Shown: positions 19,773-30,548 of the stretch, one piece after another
How the letters are laid out: each line of letters begins with the position of its first letter
Position numbering within the stretch: the stretch's first letter is position 1
Source: an uncultured Gemmatimonadales bacterium
Lineage (GTDB): Bacteria; Gemmatimonadota; Gemmatimonadetes; Gemmatimonadales; Gemmatimonadaceae
Assembly (NCBI GenBank): GCA_963851265.1
Contig: CAWKNZ010000002.1
Span: 224,001 to 288,000, forward strand
Direction of reading: 5' to 3'
DNA: 64,000 bases
Translations under genes and position numbers: made by a program
Notes under the pieces: model-generated
Databases searched by the model: none
Told to the model about the DNA's origin: nothing
What the model saw: only the letters and a program-made list of their open reading frames with translations

Positions 19773-20849
19773 ATGCCCACCGCCCGTGTCGCCGTCCGCG
19801 GCGCCTACCTCGGCCTCGCGCTGTGCGCCGCACTCGCGCCGGCCGCGGCCATCGCGCAGAGCCCGATGCAGAGCGCCTTCACGTCGCTCACCGTCTTTGG
19901 CGACAGCTACTCCGACACGGGCAACGTCTTCCGGTTCACGACGTCCCTCGGGATTCCGACGCCACCGTCGCCGCCGTACTACAACGGGCGTTTCTCCAAC
20001 GGCCCCGTCTGGGTGGACTACTTCGCGCAGGCGATCGGACGGCCGAACGACGCCATTGCGGTGTACCTCACGCCGCAGGCGCCGAACGCCGCCGCGGGCA
20101 ACTACGCCATCGGCGGGGCGCGCACGTACGACACCCAGGTGACCATCGGCACCAACACGATCACGCTGCCGGGCACGGGCTCGCAGATCGCCGACTACTT
20201 CTCCCGCGCCGGCGTCGGGCGCGCGGACCCGACCGGTTTGTACGCGCTCTTCGTCGGCGGCGACGACCTGCGGGACATCGCCGCGCTCACCGACCCGGCG
20301 GCGCGTCAGGCCCAGGCCGCCGCGACGGCGAACAACGTGATCACGCAGGCCAGCGCCCTCGCCGCGAACGGTGCGCGCAACGTCCTGCTCTTCACCCTGC
20401 CGAGCATCGGCGTCCTCCCGGAGCAGCAGGCGATCCCCGGGCGCGGCGCCATCGACGACGCGATCACGAGCACGTTCAACAGCACGCTCGCGGCCGGCAT
20501 CCTCGGCCTGCAGGCCAACCTGCCCGGCAGCACGTTCTTCGACCTGCGGCTCGACAACCTCTTCGGCAATATCGAGAGCGACGCGCTGGCCGGCGGCGCG
20601 CGCTACGGGATCACCAACCTCGGCACGCCCTGCTTCTTCCCGGGCGCGCCGTCGTGCGCCTCGAGCCTGTTCACCGACGACATGCACCCCACCACGCAGG
20701 CGCAGCAGCTCATCGCGCAGGCCGCGTACACGTACGTGACCACCGGCGCGAACGTCGCGGCCGTCCCCGAGCCGGCGACGGTCGCGCTCGTCGGCGGCGG
20801 GCTCGGCGTCGTCGCGGTGCTGCGGACGCGCAGGCGGCGCGCCGCCTGA
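19773..20849 (+). CDS. SGNH/GDSL lipase-esterase with a PEP-CTERM sorting signal
   Basis: Signal peptide; VFGDSYSD, GRFSNGPVW, NYAIGGA, DDMHPT; C-terminal VPEP-TM-RRRR. Confidence 0.93.
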   Translation: MPTARVAVRGAYLGLALCAALAPAAAIAQSPMQSAFTSLTVFGDSYSDTGNVFRFTTSLGIPTPPSPPYYNGRFSNGPVWVDYFAQAIGRPNDAIAVYLTPQAPNAAAGNYAIGGARTYDTQVTIGTNTITLPGTGSQIADYFSRAGVGRADPTGLYALFVGGDDLRDIAALTDPAARQAQAAATANNVITQASALAANGARNVLLFTLPSIGVLPEQQAIPGRGAIDDAITSTFNSTLAAGILGLQANLPGSTFFDLRLDNLFGNIESDALAGGARYGITNLGTPCFFPGAPSCASSLFTDDMHPTTQAQQLIAQAAYTYVTTGANVAAVPEPATVALVGGGLGVVAVLRTRRRRAA

Positions 20850-20855
20850 CGCGGC

Positions 20856-22307
20856 CTAACGCGTCGCCGGCACCGCGTCCGCCGCGTCGGGCCCGGCCGG
20901 GGCGAACACGTTCCCCCGGCCGAGGATCCCCTGCGGGTCGAGCGCCCGCTTGAGCGCACCCATCGCGGCGAGTTGCGCCGGTGTCAGCTGCAACGGCAGC
21001 CACCGGCGCTTCAGCTTGCCGACGCCGTGCTCCGCGGCCACCGTGCCCCCCATCGCGAGCACGCGCCGCAACGTCGCGTCCACCACCGCCTCGATCCGCT
21101 CCAGCTCCGCCGCGTCGCGCGCGACGAAGTGCTGGTGCGGGTGGCCGTTGCCGGCGTGACCGAACACCGCCGCCACCTCGACCCCGTGCGCGGCCGCGAT
21201 CGACGCCGACTCGCCTAACGCCTCGGCGAGCCGCGGGTAGGGCACCGCCCAGTCGGTCGACACCTTGCGCCCGCCGGCCGGCCGGTAGCGCGCCGCGCGC
21301 TCGTTGAGCGTGGCCGGCACGGCGTGCCGCATGCCGCGCGCGTTGCGCAGCGGCCCCTCGCCCTCGAACACCTGCACGTCGTCGGCGAGCACGCCGTGCC
21401 GCTCGGCCAGCTCCAGCCACGCGTCGAGCGCGGCCTCGCCCGCGTGCTCCTCCTCGAGGTACACGTACGCCGCCGCGCCCTCCCCCCACGAACCACCGAA
21501 CAGGCCGCGCGCATGGTCGCGGGCGATCGTGAACGCCCGCGCGTCGAGGTACTCCAGACAGCGCGGGTTGAGCCGCCCCGCGTCACGCAGCGCCCGCGCC
21601 TCCGCGACGAAGGCGAGCGCGCCGGACTCGGTGCGGAACGGGACGCCGAGGCCCGTCACGGCGTCGGGGAGCGGCAGGAGTGAGAACTCGACGTCGAGCA
21701 CCACGCCCAGCGTCCCCTCGCTCCCGACGAACCAGTCCACCGGGTCGTGTGCCATCGCGTAGCCCGCGGTGTTCTTTTCGAGCCGCGGCCGGCGGAACTC
21801 GTGCACCGAGCCGTCGGCGAGGGCGACCCGGAGCGCCGCGACGTGCTCGCGCGTGGCGCCGTACTTGAGCGACCGCCCGCCGCTCGCGTTCGCCGCCACC
21901 GCGCCCCCCACGGAGCATTCCTCCTCGCTCGTCGGGTCGGGGGCGAGGAGGAAGCCCGCCGCGGCGGCGGCACGCTTCACGTCGCCGAGCAGCGCGCCCG
22001 GCTCCGCGCGGATCGTGCGGCGCGCGGGGTCCAGGTCGAGAATCCGGTCCATCGCCCGCAGCGAGAGCACCGCTCCGCGGTCCGTCACCGCCCCGCCCGA
22101 GTACCCCGTGAGCGCCCCCGCCGGCGTCACCGCGGTCCCCGTCGCTGAGGCGGCGCGCAGCACCTCGACCACCTCCGCGGCCGACGTCGGCCGTGCCACC
22201 GCTTCGGGGGTGAGCACGAGGCCCGACGCGTCGGCGGCGAACGCGGTGCGCACGCCGAGGTCGTCGGTGGAGTAGGGGAGGGCGGGCGCTGGCGCGAGGA
22301 GGGACAT
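20856..22307 (-). CDS. FAD-linked oxidoreductase (D-lactate dehydrogenase/GlcD family)
   Basis: PDPTS, GGAVAANASG, KYGATRE, GSEGTLG, FGHAGNGHPH, AEHGVG. Confidence 0.92.
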   Translation of the reverse strand: MSLLAPAPALPYSTDDLGVRTAFAADASGLVLTPEAVARPTSAAEVVEVLRAASATGTAVTPAGALTGYSGGAVTDRGAVLSLRAMDRILDLDPARRTIRAEPGALLGDVKRAAAAAGFLLAPDPTSEEECSVGGAVAANASGGRSLKYGATREHVAALRVALADGSVHEFRRPRLEKNTAGYAMAHDPVDWFVGSEGTLGVVLDVEFSLLPLPDAVTGLGVPFRTESGALAFVAEARALRDAGRLNPRCLEYLDARAFTIARDHARGLFGGSWGEGAAAYVYLEEEHAGEAALDAWLELAERHGVLADDVQVFEGEGPLRNARGMRHAVPATLNERAARYRPAGGRKVSTDWAVPYPRLAEALGESASIAAAHGVEVAAVFGHAGNGHPHQHFVARDAAELERIEAVVDATLRRVLAMGGTVAAEHGVGKLKRRWLPLQLTPAQLAAMGALKRALDPQGILGRGNVFAPAGPDAADAVPATR

Positions 22308-22408
22308 GGGAACGGAAGATAGATTCGGCCGCGGCAACCGACGCGAGTCGGAACTCGCGTCCGTACCCCACTTCCTCCGCGTCGTCCCGCTCGCATGGTG
22401 TCGTTCGC

Positions 22409-23749
22409 ATGACCGTCCTCGACCCCGCCGCCACGCCGGCCGGCTCGCCAGCCGGTGCCCCGGTCGGCGGCCGGTCCGGCGACCCGATCCCGCCCGCCGT
22501 CTCGCAGATGGCCGCGGCCCTCGTCGGCTCCGAGATCCTCAAGATCGCCGGCGAGATCCGCGCGATGCGCGCCGCGGGCGCGACCGTCTGCAACCTCACG
22601 GTCGGCGACTTCGACCCCGCGCAGTTCCGCATTCCGCAACCGCTCGAGGACGGGATCGTCGCCGCGCTCCGCGCCGGCGAGACCAACTACCCGCCGTCGA
22701 GCGGGATCGACCCGCTCCGCGCCGCGATCTCGGGGTTCTGGCAGCGCCGGCTCGGGCTCGACTACCCGGCGAGTGCGATCCTCGTCACCGGCGGCTCGCG
22801 CCCGGGCATCTACGGCACCTACCGCACGCTCGTCGACGCGGGCGACCGGGTCGTCTACCCGGTGCCGTCGTGGAACAACAACCACTACGTCCACATCGTC
22901 GACGCGGTGGGCGTCCCGCTCGTCTGCGGCCCCGAGAGCGGGTTCCTCCCCACCGCCGACGCGCTCGCCCCGCTCGTCCGCGACGCCCGCGTGCGGCTGG
23001 TCACGGTCAACTCCCCGCTGAACCCGGCGGGTACGTGCTTCACGGCGGAGCAGCTGGGTGCGCTCTGCGACGTGATCCTCGAGGAGAACCGCCGCCGCGG
23101 CGCGCACGATCGGCCGCTCTACTTGCTCTACGACCAGGTCTACTGGACGCTGACCTTCGGCGGCACGCGCCACGTCGACCCGGTCTCGCTGCGCCCCGCC
23201 ATGCGCGACTACACGGTCTACGTCGACGGCATCTCGAAGGCGTTCGCCGCGACGGGGGTGCGCGTCGGGTGGGTCGGCGGGCCGGAACGCGTGGTGCGCG
23301 CGATGAGCGACGTGTTGGGGCACGTCGGCGCGTGGGCGCCGCGGGCCGAGCAGGCCGCCACCGCGCGGTTCATCGCGGACGACGCGGCGGTGGACGCCTA
23401 CCAGACCGAGTTCGTCGCCGGGGTGCGCGCGCGACTCGACGCCCTCTACGACGGACTCGACGCGATGCGACGCGACGGACTGCCGGTCGAAGCGTTCGCG
23501 CCGGCGGGGGCGATCTATCTCTCGGTCCGCTTCGACCTCGTCGGCCGCCGCACGCCCACCGGGCAGGTGCTCGACACGAACGAGGCCATCCGCCGCTGGC
23601 TGCTCGATGCCGCGGGGCTGGCGCTCGTCCCGTTCCAGGCCTTCGGGACCCGCACCGAAGACGGGTGGTTCCGCGCGTCGGTCGGCGCGACGTCGGTCGA
23701 GGAGATCGCGGGGGTGCTCCCGCGGGTGAGGGACGCGGTGTCGCTGTGA
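22409..23749 (+). CDS. Class I/II PLP aminotransferase (aspartate aminotransferase-like)
   Basis: NSPLNPAG, YDQVY, DGISKAFAATGVRVGW, WFRAS. Confidence 0.92.
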   Translation: MTVLDPAATPAGSPAGAPVGGRSGDPIPPAVSQMAAALVGSEILKIAGEIRAMRAAGATVCNLTVGDFDPAQFRIPQPLEDGIVAALRAGETNYPPSSGIDPLRAAISGFWQRRLGLDYPASAILVTGGSRPGIYGTYRTLVDAGDRVVYPVPSWNNNHYVHIVDAVGVPLVCGPESGFLPTADALAPLVRDARVRLVTVNSPLNPAGTCFTAEQLGALCDVILEENRRRGAHDRPLYLLYDQVYWTLTFGGTRHVDPVSLRPAMRDYTVYVDGISKAFAATGVRVGWVGGPERVVRAMSDVLGHVGAWAPRAEQAATARFIADDAAVDAYQTEFVAGVRARLDALYDGLDAMRRDGLPVEAFAPAGAIYLSVRFDLVGRRTPTGQVLDTNEAIRRWLLDAAGLALVPFQAFGTRTEDGWFRASVGATSVEEIAGVLPRVRDAVSL

Positions 23750-23772
23750 GGCGGTCGCCGTGCGGCGGGGCG

Positions 23773-24693
23773 CTAGATGCTGAAGTCCTCCACCCCGTCC
23801 CACCCCCCCGCCCGCGGCGCCACCTGACTCTGGTGCGTCACCACACTGCCCGCCGGCACGCTCCGCGTCAGCCAGACGTTCCCCCCGATCACGCTCCCCT
23901 CCCCCACCACCGTCTCCCCCCCGAGGATCGTCGCGTTCGCGTACACCACGACGTCGTCCCCCAACGTCGGGTGCCGCTTGACCCTCGCCAGATGCTTCGC
24001 CACCGCGAGCGCGCCTAACGTCACGCCCTGGTACAGCCGCACGCGGTCGCCCAGCACGGCCGTCTCGCCGATCACCACCCCCGTCCCGTGGTCGATCGCG
24101 AACGCGCGCCCGATCTGCGCCCCCGGGTGAATGTCGATTCCCGTCTCGCGGTGCGCGAACTCCGTGACGAGCCGCGGCACGAGGGGAACCTCGTGGCGGT
24201 GGAGGACGTGGGCGATCCGGTAGCACGCCGTCGCGTAGAACCCGGGGTACGCCGCGATCACCTCGTCCACGCTCGCCGCCGCCGGGTCGCCGTCGTGCGT
24301 GGCGCGCGCGTCGGCGAGGAGCGCGTCGTACACGGCCGGCAGTTCCGACACCGCGGCCGCCTCGAGCGACTCCGCCGGACGGCCGAGGATCGCGGCGACC
24401 GGCTCGAGCACCACCCGAAGCGCGCGGCGCACCGCCGCGAGTTCGTCGCCCATCTCGCGCGCCGCGCAGGGCGCCCCGCACGCGGGGCCCATCTCGCGGT
24501 CCGGCAGCTCGTTGGCGAGCGGCGGAAAGAGGAGGGCGAGCAGCGCGCGCACCGCGTGCTCCGTGTTCGCCCGCAGGCGCGGCGGGAGCGCGAACGCCTC
24601 CCGAGCGGCCGCGAGCCGCGTCAGGAATGCGAGTTGGGACGGGGCCGCGTCGGGCGGCGCGAGGTCGGGCGCGTGGTGGGACACGCCCGACAA
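23773..24693 (-). CDS. cysE: Serine O-acetyltransferase
   Basis: [45 protein letters not shown]. Confidence 0.93.
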   Translation of the reverse strand: MSGVSHHAPDLAPPDAAPSQLAFLTRLAAAREAFALPPRLRANTEHAVRALLALLFPPLANELPDREMGPACGAPCAAREMGDELAAVRRALRVVLEPVAAILGRPAESLEAAAVSELPAVYDALLADARATHDGDPAAASVDEVIAAYPGFYATACYRIAHVLHRHEVPLVPRLVTEFAHRETGIDIHPGAQIGRAFAIDHGTGVVIGETAVLGDRVRLYQGVTLGALAVAKHLARVKRHPTLGDDVVVYANATILGGETVVGEGSVIGGNVWLTRSVPAGSVVTHQSQVAPRAGGWDGVEDFSI

Positions 24694-24742
24694 GCTCGCC
24701 CGCGCCGTTCCGCGCCGCTACGCCCGGCGCCCGGTTCGCTCG

Positions 24743-26593
24743 TCAGGCCGCGAGCGCGCTTCTCGGCGGACGGTGCGCCGGCGGCAGCGCGACGTCCCGC
24801 GCCAACCACGGTCGCGGCAGCCCGACGTCCGCGCGCAGCAGTTCGATCGCCGCGTCCGCCGCCATCGGCCGCCCGAACAGGAAGCCCTGCACCACGTCGC
24901 ACGCGCGCTCGGAGAGGTAGGCCAGCTGTTCCGGCGTCTCCACCCCTTCGGCCACCACTTCGAGCCCGAGCGAGTGGCCGAGCGCGATGATCGCCTCGGT
25001 GATCGCGCCGCTCTGCCGGTCGGTGACCGCGTCGCGCACGAAGCTCTTGTCGAGCTTGATGCAGTCGATCGGGAAGCGCTTCAGGTAGCCGAGCGAGGAG
25101 TAGCCGGTGCCGAAGTCGTCGAGCGCGATGCCGACGCCGGCGCCGCGGAGCCCCTGCAGCACCGCGACCGTGTGCGCGGTGTCGTCCATGAGCAGCGACT
25201 CGGTGACTTCGAGTTCGAGCAGTGCGGGGTCGACGTCGTGGTCGGCGAGCGCGGCGTGCACCACCGAGACGAGGTCGGCGTGCTTGAACTGGCGCGCGGA
25301 GAGGTTGACCGCCACCGCCGCGAGCGGCAGCCCCTCCGCGCGCCACGCGGCGAGCTGCGCGCACGCGGTGCGCAGCACCCACTCGCCGATCGGCACGATG
25401 AGCCCCGTCGACTCCGCCACCGGGATGAAGTCGACCGGCGAGACGAGTCCGCGGTCGGGGTGCTGCCAGCGGAGGAGTGCCTCGAAGCCGCGCACGCGCC
25501 CCGTCGCGACGTCCATCTTCGGCTGGTAGTGCAGGAACAGCTGTCCGCGGTCGAGCGCGTGGCGCAGGTCGGCCTCGATCGCCATGCGCAGGTGCAGCCG
25601 CGCGTTGAGGTCGGACGAGTAGAAGCGGTGCGCGTTGCCGCCCGCGCCCTGCACGGCGTAGAGCGCCGTGGTCGCGTTGCCGATCAGCTCGTCGACGCCG
25701 CCGGGGTCGTTGGGCGAGGTGGTCACGCCGACGCTCGCGCCGACGGTGACCTCGCGCCCGTGGACGACGAACGGGCGGCGGAGCGCGTCGACCACGCGGC
25801 GCGCGAGCGCGTCGAGTCCCTCGACGGTCGCGCCGTCGGCGCAGAGGATGGCGTACTCGTCCCCGTCGAACCGCGCGAGCACGTCGGTGCCGCGGACCAC
25901 GCCCTGCAGGCGCTGCGCGGCCGCGGCGAGCAGCGCGTCGCCGCCCGCGTGGCCTAACGACAGGTTGATCGCCTGGAAGCCGTCGAGGTCGAGCACGAGC
26001 ACGCCGACCGCGCGGCCGTCGCGGCGCGACTGGGCGAGGGCGTGCCGCAGCTGGTCGCGGAAGAGCGCGCGGTTGGGCAGCCCGGTGACGCGGTCGTACG
26101 TCGACACGTGGCCGACGATCTCCTCGAGGCGCTCGACCGCGTGCTGCGCGTCGGCCATGAGCGCGCCGGCCTCGTCGACCTCGGCGAACTCGGCGGGGAG
26201 TGCGGGCGCGGTGCGGCGCGCCAGGTAGGCGCGCAGCGCGGCCGCCGTGAGCGTCACCGGCGCGAGCAGGGCGCCGACCAGCCAGGCCGCCCCGGCGGCG
26301 CCGACGAGGCCGCCCACCGCGGCAGCGGCGAGTGCGGCGCGTGCCACCACGCTCGCCGCGTGCGGCGCGGGAGTGCCGATCCACCCCGGCGCCGCGCCGC
26401 CCACCAGGCGGACGACGCACGCGACCGCGACCGCCGGAACGACCGCGCCGAGCGCGGCGGCGGTCATCAGCTTGGCGCGGTAGCTCGCGCGGCCCGCGGC
26501 GCGCACCCACGACGGCCCGGACGTGCTGCGCGGCGCGCAGATCCGGCGCGCCGCGCGGGCGAGCGTGACGTAGGCGTGCAAGGAGGGAGGCAT
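24743..26593 (-). CDS. Membrane-anchored GGDEF-EAL protein, probably a c-di-GMP phosphodiesterase
   Basis: Two hydrophobic segments; DRVTGLPNR; degenerate DGDEY; intact [32 protein letters not shown]. Confidence 0.92.
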   Translation of the reverse strand: MPPSLHAYVTLARAARRICAPRSTSGPSWVRAAGRASYRAKLMTAAALGAVVPAVAVACVVRLVGGAAPGWIGTPAPHAASVVARAALAAAAVGGLVGAAGAAWLVGALLAPVTLTAAALRAYLARRTAPALPAEFAEVDEAGALMADAQHAVERLEEIVGHVSTYDRVTGLPNRALFRDQLRHALAQSRRDGRAVGVLVLDLDGFQAINLSLGHAGGDALLAAAAQRLQGVVRGTDVLARFDGDEYAILCADGATVEGLDALARRVVDALRRPFVVHGREVTVGASVGVTTSPNDPGGVDELIGNATTALYAVQGAGGNAHRFYSSDLNARLHLRMAIEADLRHALDRGQLFLHYQPKMDVATGRVRGFEALLRWQHPDRGLVSPVDFIPVAESTGLIVPIGEWVLRTACAQLAAWRAEGLPLAAVAVNLSARQFKHADLVSVVHAALADHDVDPALLELEVTESLLMDDTAHTVAVLQGLRGAGVGIALDDFGTGYSSLGYLKRFPIDCIKLDKSFVRDAVTDRQSGAITEAIIALGHSLGLEVVAEGVETPEQLAYLSERACDVVQGFLFGRPMAADAAIELLRADVGLPRPWLARDVALPPAHRPPRSALAA

Positions 26594-26724
26594 TGCGGGG
26601 GGGCGGGCGGGGAGATCGGGGGTGAGTCTCGTCTCGGCCGGAACGCCACTTGAGCCGCGGCGCGACGGCGTCGGGGCGCGGGCGGGCCTTGTTCCCCGCC
26701 GCGTCGGGCGTTCCTTTCGCCGCC

Positions 26725-26937
26725 ATGACCGACTCCATGCCCGGACCCACCGCCGGCGGACGCCCGCCCGAGCGCCGCCGCAACGCCGCCCTCCGCGAAC
26801 TCATCGACGAGATGCTCGCCTCGATCCGCACGGCCGTGAACCGCGAGCTGTGGACGCCGGGCGAGCGCGAGCAGTACGAGCGCGAGCTGGCCGCGATCAT
26901 GGCGCGGGTGCGCAGCGAGGCCGTGCAGCGTTCGTAG
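26725..26937 (+). CDS. Small hypothetical helical protein (70 aa)
   Basis: [20 protein letters not shown]...[22 protein letters not shown]; typical codon usage. Confidence 0.7.
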   Translation: MTDSMPGPTAGGRPPERRRNAALRELIDEMLASIRTAVNRELWTPGEREQYERELAAIMARVRSEAVQRS

Positions 26938-27005
26938 GCGGGCGCGGCCGCGGCCGCACCCGCGCGCCGCCCGCCGCGGCTGCGCGGTCCGACGTCCGAG
27001 GCTGA

Positions 27006-28583
27006 CTAACGTTCCAGCTTGAAGCCCGCGTCGACGGCCGGCCGCGCGTCGCGCTCGGCGACGGCCCAGCCGGTCGCGTACATCCAGCGCGCCATCCGCG
27101 TGAGCTTGGCGTAGTCGATGCGCGACGGTTCGTCCCGGACCGTGTGATAGTCCGGGTGCAGGAGCGTGGTGAACATCACCGCGGGCACGCCGAGGCGCGC
27201 GTAAGGCAGGTGGTCGCTGCGGAAGTACCAGCCTTCGGGGTGCGACGGGCGGTCCCAGGCGGAGTCGAGCGCGAAGTGGCCGACCATCCGGTTCGCGGCG
27301 AGCGCGATCGCGACGAGGTCGGAGGAGTTGCGGTGCGGCGGTTGCGCGCCGAGGAGCGCCGCCGAGTCGGGGCTGTTGCGGCCGATCATGTCGCCGTTGA
27401 GCACGGCGACCATCGACGCGCGCGGTACCGTGGGGTGTGCCGAGAACCAGCGCGAGCCTAACAGGCCGCGCTCCTCCGCGCCGTGCCAGACGAAGAGCGC
27501 CGAGCGGCGCCCGGGGTGCTGCACGAAGGCGCGCCCCGCGGCGAGGATCGCGACGTCGACGCTCGCGTTGTCGTCGGCGCCGTTGCTGATGCTGTCGAGG
27601 CGCCCGCCGCCCACGTCGATGGGCGTGCGCACGCCGTCGTGGTCGTGGTGCCCGCTGAACACGACGTACTCGTGGCGAAGGCGCGGGTCGCGCCCGGGCG
27701 CGACCGCGACGACGTTCGCGCTCGGGTACACGAAGCTCTCGGCGACGAGCGACAGCGCGAGCCGGCCGCCCGCGGCCGCCGCGCCGCGGAGCCCCGGCCC
27801 CGCCGCCGCGCGCACCCAGAGCACCGGCGCGCCCGTCGGGATCGCGGCCGCGCCGGTCGTGTCGACGTTGTACCGCCCGCGGAGCAGCCCGGCGCCGCCG
27901 AAGGCCCACCCGGCCTCAGCGGTCGAGTCCCCGACGAGCACGATCGCGGCCGCGCCGCGGCGCACGAGGGCGGTGCTCTGCTCGCGGATCGCGGCGAGCA
28001 CGTAGCGGAACGGCCGCAGGCTCACGCCCTCGGGAGGGAGCGCGCGCGGCGCGTGCATCTCGACGACCACGGCGCGGCCGCGCACGTCGCTCGTGCTGTC
28101 GCCCGCGGCGAGTGCGACGAGCGGCAGCTCGCCGCGAAACTCGACGGGAGCGGCGGGCACGACGTCGCGGTCCCACGCGAGCGGGGCGCCGCCGGCGACG
28201 CCGACGGTGCTCCGCTCCGGGACGAGGCGCACGCGCCGCATGGGCCACCACTGGAAGTAGGTGCCGTCGTCACCGGCGGGTTTGAGGCCGGCTTCGCGGG
28301 CGCGCTCGGCAGTCCACACGGCGGCGCGCAGCTCGTCGAGGGTCCCGGCCTCGCGGCCGCGCATCGAGTCCCCGGCCATCGCGTAGAGGTCGCGCCGGAG
28401 GTCCGATTCGCGGATCGCGCCGAGCGCGGGGGGGAGGGCGGCAGCGGACTGCGCCGCAGAGACTGCGGGGCGCGAGGCGACCAGCGACACGGCGGCGAGC
28501 GTCGCGACGGCGAGCCGCGCGACGGCGCGTGTCGCGACGGCGCGGGTCGCGACCGAGGCGCGGGGGAGGGCGGAGCGGAACAT
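27006..28583 (-). CDS. Secreted M28-family metallopeptidase
   Basis: Signal peptide; SGHHDHDG, NGADDNAS, GAEERGLLGS, DMIGRN, RSDH, HPDYHT. Confidence 0.92.
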   Translation of the reverse strand: MFRSALPRASVATRAVATRAVARLAVATLAAVSLVASRPAVSAAQSAAALPPALGAIRESDLRRDLYAMAGDSMRGREAGTLDELRAAVWTAERAREAGLKPAGDDGTYFQWWPMRRVRLVPERSTVGVAGGAPLAWDRDVVPAAPVEFRGELPLVALAAGDSTSDVRGRAVVVEMHAPRALPPEGVSLRPFRYVLAAIREQSTALVRRGAAAIVLVGDSTAEAGWAFGGAGLLRGRYNVDTTGAAAIPTGAPVLWVRAAAGPGLRGAAAAGGRLALSLVAESFVYPSANVVAVAPGRDPRLRHEYVVFSGHHDHDGVRTPIDVGGGRLDSISNGADDNASVDVAILAAGRAFVQHPGRRSALFVWHGAEERGLLGSRWFSAHPTVPRASMVAVLNGDMIGRNSPDSAALLGAQPPHRNSSDLVAIALAANRMVGHFALDSAWDRPSHPEGWYFRSDHLPYARLGVPAVMFTTLLHPDYHTVRDEPSRIDYAKLTRMARWMYATGWAVAERDARPAVDAGFKLER

Positions 28584-29003
28584 GATCGATGACGGAGGGG
28601 ACGCGTGCGGCCGTCGCGCGGGACGTGCTCGCGGGCCGGACCTACGGGAGATAACGGGAGATGCAACGAAGGGGAGGGCGGGGCGCTACGCGCGACCATC
28701 CCGGTCGTCGCGCCCGCGTCGTCCGCCCCGCACGTCCCGCCGCGACTCGTTAGGCACTCGGCGGGCGTCGGGAGAGGCGGCCCGGTCCGCGTCCGCGGCG
28801 CCCGCACGCGCGATCGTGCGGCGCCGTCGCGTTCCCCGACTGTGCAACACCGAATCTGCCAGCGTCCAGCCCCGCCGGCCCGGCCCTGGGGTGTCTTCCG
28901 GTCCCGCGCGTTTCTCCAGAATGAAGACACGAGCCCGGTCGCGCGGGTCGCAGCTCCCAGACAACTCGGCACGAGTCCGTCGCGCCTCCACTACCTTCCG
29001 ACC

Positions 29004-30548
29004 GTGCCCGCCCCCCTCGTCTGCTTCTCGATCGACTACGAGCCCGACTGCCCTCCGTACCTCTCGAGCACCTTCCGCGGAGTCGAGGAGGCCACCACTC
29101 CCCTGCTCGCCATGCTCGCCGACCTCGGCGTCCCCGCGACCTGGTTCTCGACCGGTGACGTGGCAGAGCGCTACCCCGACGCCGTGCGCGCCATCGTCTC
29201 CGCCCCGGAGGGGCACGAACTCGGCTCCCACGGACACACGCACCGGCGGTTCGACGCACTCGGCGCCGACGACGCCCGCGACGAGATCGACCGCTCGAGC
29301 GCCGTCCTGCGTCGTTTCGCGCCGGTCGACTCGTTTCGCGCGCCCAACCTGACGTTCCCCGACGCATACCTGCCGCTGCTGGAGCGGGCCGGATATGCGC
29401 TCGACTCGTCGCACGCCAAGTACAAGGCGCCGTACTGGCGTGACCGCCGCCACCCCGCGCCGACCCGGCTGCGTCGGATCGCGGCGTCGGTGACGTCGAG
29501 CGTGCTGCGCCTGCCGCGCCCGGTGCGTGCCGCCTACTTCGCCGCGCTCGGCTCGCCGGTGGTGCTGTTCGTGCACCCGTGGGAGTTCGTGGACCTCACC
29601 CACACGGACCTGCGGCTCGATTGTCGGTTCAATACCGGCCCGGTCGCGTTCGCCCGGGTGCGGCAGGTGCTCGAGAGCTTCGCGCGGCGGGGCGCGCGCT
29701 TCGTGACCATGCGCGACGCGGCCCGCCTCACGGCGGGCGGCCGCACCGCACCGGCCCGAGGGCGTGAGCTCCGCGGACAGGGGCGGGCGCGTGGCCGCGG
29801 CGACCCCGAGCGCGGGCGACCCCGAGCGCGGGCGCCCCGGGCGCCGCCGTACCGGGCGCGGAGGCCCGCCGGGGGAGGCGACTCTCGCCTCGCGTGCGGT
29901 TCGCGCTCTCCGCGGCCGCGTGGCTCGCCGGCACGGCGCTCGTCGTCCTCGCGCTCCGCGCCGTCGGATGGTCGGCGGCGATCGCCGCGGTCCGCCGCGC
30001 CCACCCACTCTGGCTCGCGCTGGCCGTGTGTTGCCACGGCTCGATCGTCTTCCTGTGGGCGTGGCAGACGTATGTGCTCCTGCCGCGCGGCGCCGACGGG
30101 CGCGCCGCGCCCGCGGCCGACGGCAGCCGCGTCACGTACGCGCGCTGCGCCGAGGTGCAGGCCCTCACTGCGACCGCGTCCAACACCGTGCCCGCCTTCC
30201 TCGGGCAGGCGACCGGCGTGGCGCTCCTCTCCGAGCGCGCCGGGATCGGCACCGCGGGCGCGCTCTCGGTGTTCGCGCAGCACAACCTCGTCGAGGGCTT
30301 CGCGAAGATCGGCGTGCTGTTCGCGGCGGCGCAGGTCGCCCCGCTGCCGCACTGGATGCGGGAGGCGCTCGTCGCGCTCGCGGGCGGGATGGTGCTGCTC
30401 ACCGCCGCGCTCGGCACCGCCGCCTGGTACGCGCGGCAGCACACGGCGCGGGCGGCCGCCTCGGGCGGCGCGCCCGTGCCTAACATCCCGCCCGAGGCCG
30501 ACCGGCGGCGCCGCGACCCGCTCGCCCGCTTCCGCGCCTTCGTGGTGA
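29004..30548 (+). CDS. Polysaccharide deacetylase (NodB/CE4); the domain ends near 29730 and the ORF then reads through in a non-coding-looking frame
   Basis: FSIDYE, ATWFSTG, HELGSHGHTH, FRAP, YALDSS, FVHPWE; the tail after about 29750 is R/P/A-rich and overlaps the next gene. Confidence 0.8.
   Translation: MPAPLVCFSIDYEPDCPPYLSSTFRGVEEATTPLLAMLADLGVPATWFSTGDVAERYPDAVRAIVSAPEGHELGSHGHTHRRFDALGADDARDEIDRSSAVLRRFAPVDSFRAPNLTFPDAYLPLLERAGYALDSSHAKYKAPYWRDRRHPAPTRLRRIAASVTSSVLRLPRPVRAAYFAALGSPVVLFVHPWEFVDLTHTDLRLDCRFNTGPVAFARVRQVLESFARRGARFVTMRDAARLTAGGRTAPARGRELRGQGRARGRGDPERGRPRARAPRAPPYRARRPAGGGDSRLACGSRSPRPRGSPARRSSSSRSAPSDGRRRSPRSAAPTHSGSRWPCVATARSSSCGRGRRMCSCRAAPTGAPRPRPTAAASRTRAAPRCRPSLRPRPTPCPPSSGRRPAWRSSPSAPGSAPRARSRCSRSTTSSRASRRSACCSRRRRSPRCRTGCGRRSSRSRAGWCCSPPRSAPPPGTRGSTRRGRPPRAARPCLTSRPRPTGGAATRSPASAPSW

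Noticed and set aside
18123..20687. Apparent long N-terminal extensions or fusions in the ORF track (854 aa Gfo, 996 aa photolyase, 738 aa MsrA, 1106 aa GNAT)
   Set aside because: The upstream portions overlap other real genes and are non-protein-like; true starts lie downstream, unlike TetR-TolC where both halves are recognisable domains
28891..28930. GTGTCTTC/GAAGACAC inverted repeat upstream of the deacetylase as an ncRNA
   Set aside because: Only an 8-bp stem with a long loop and no recognisable RNA family features
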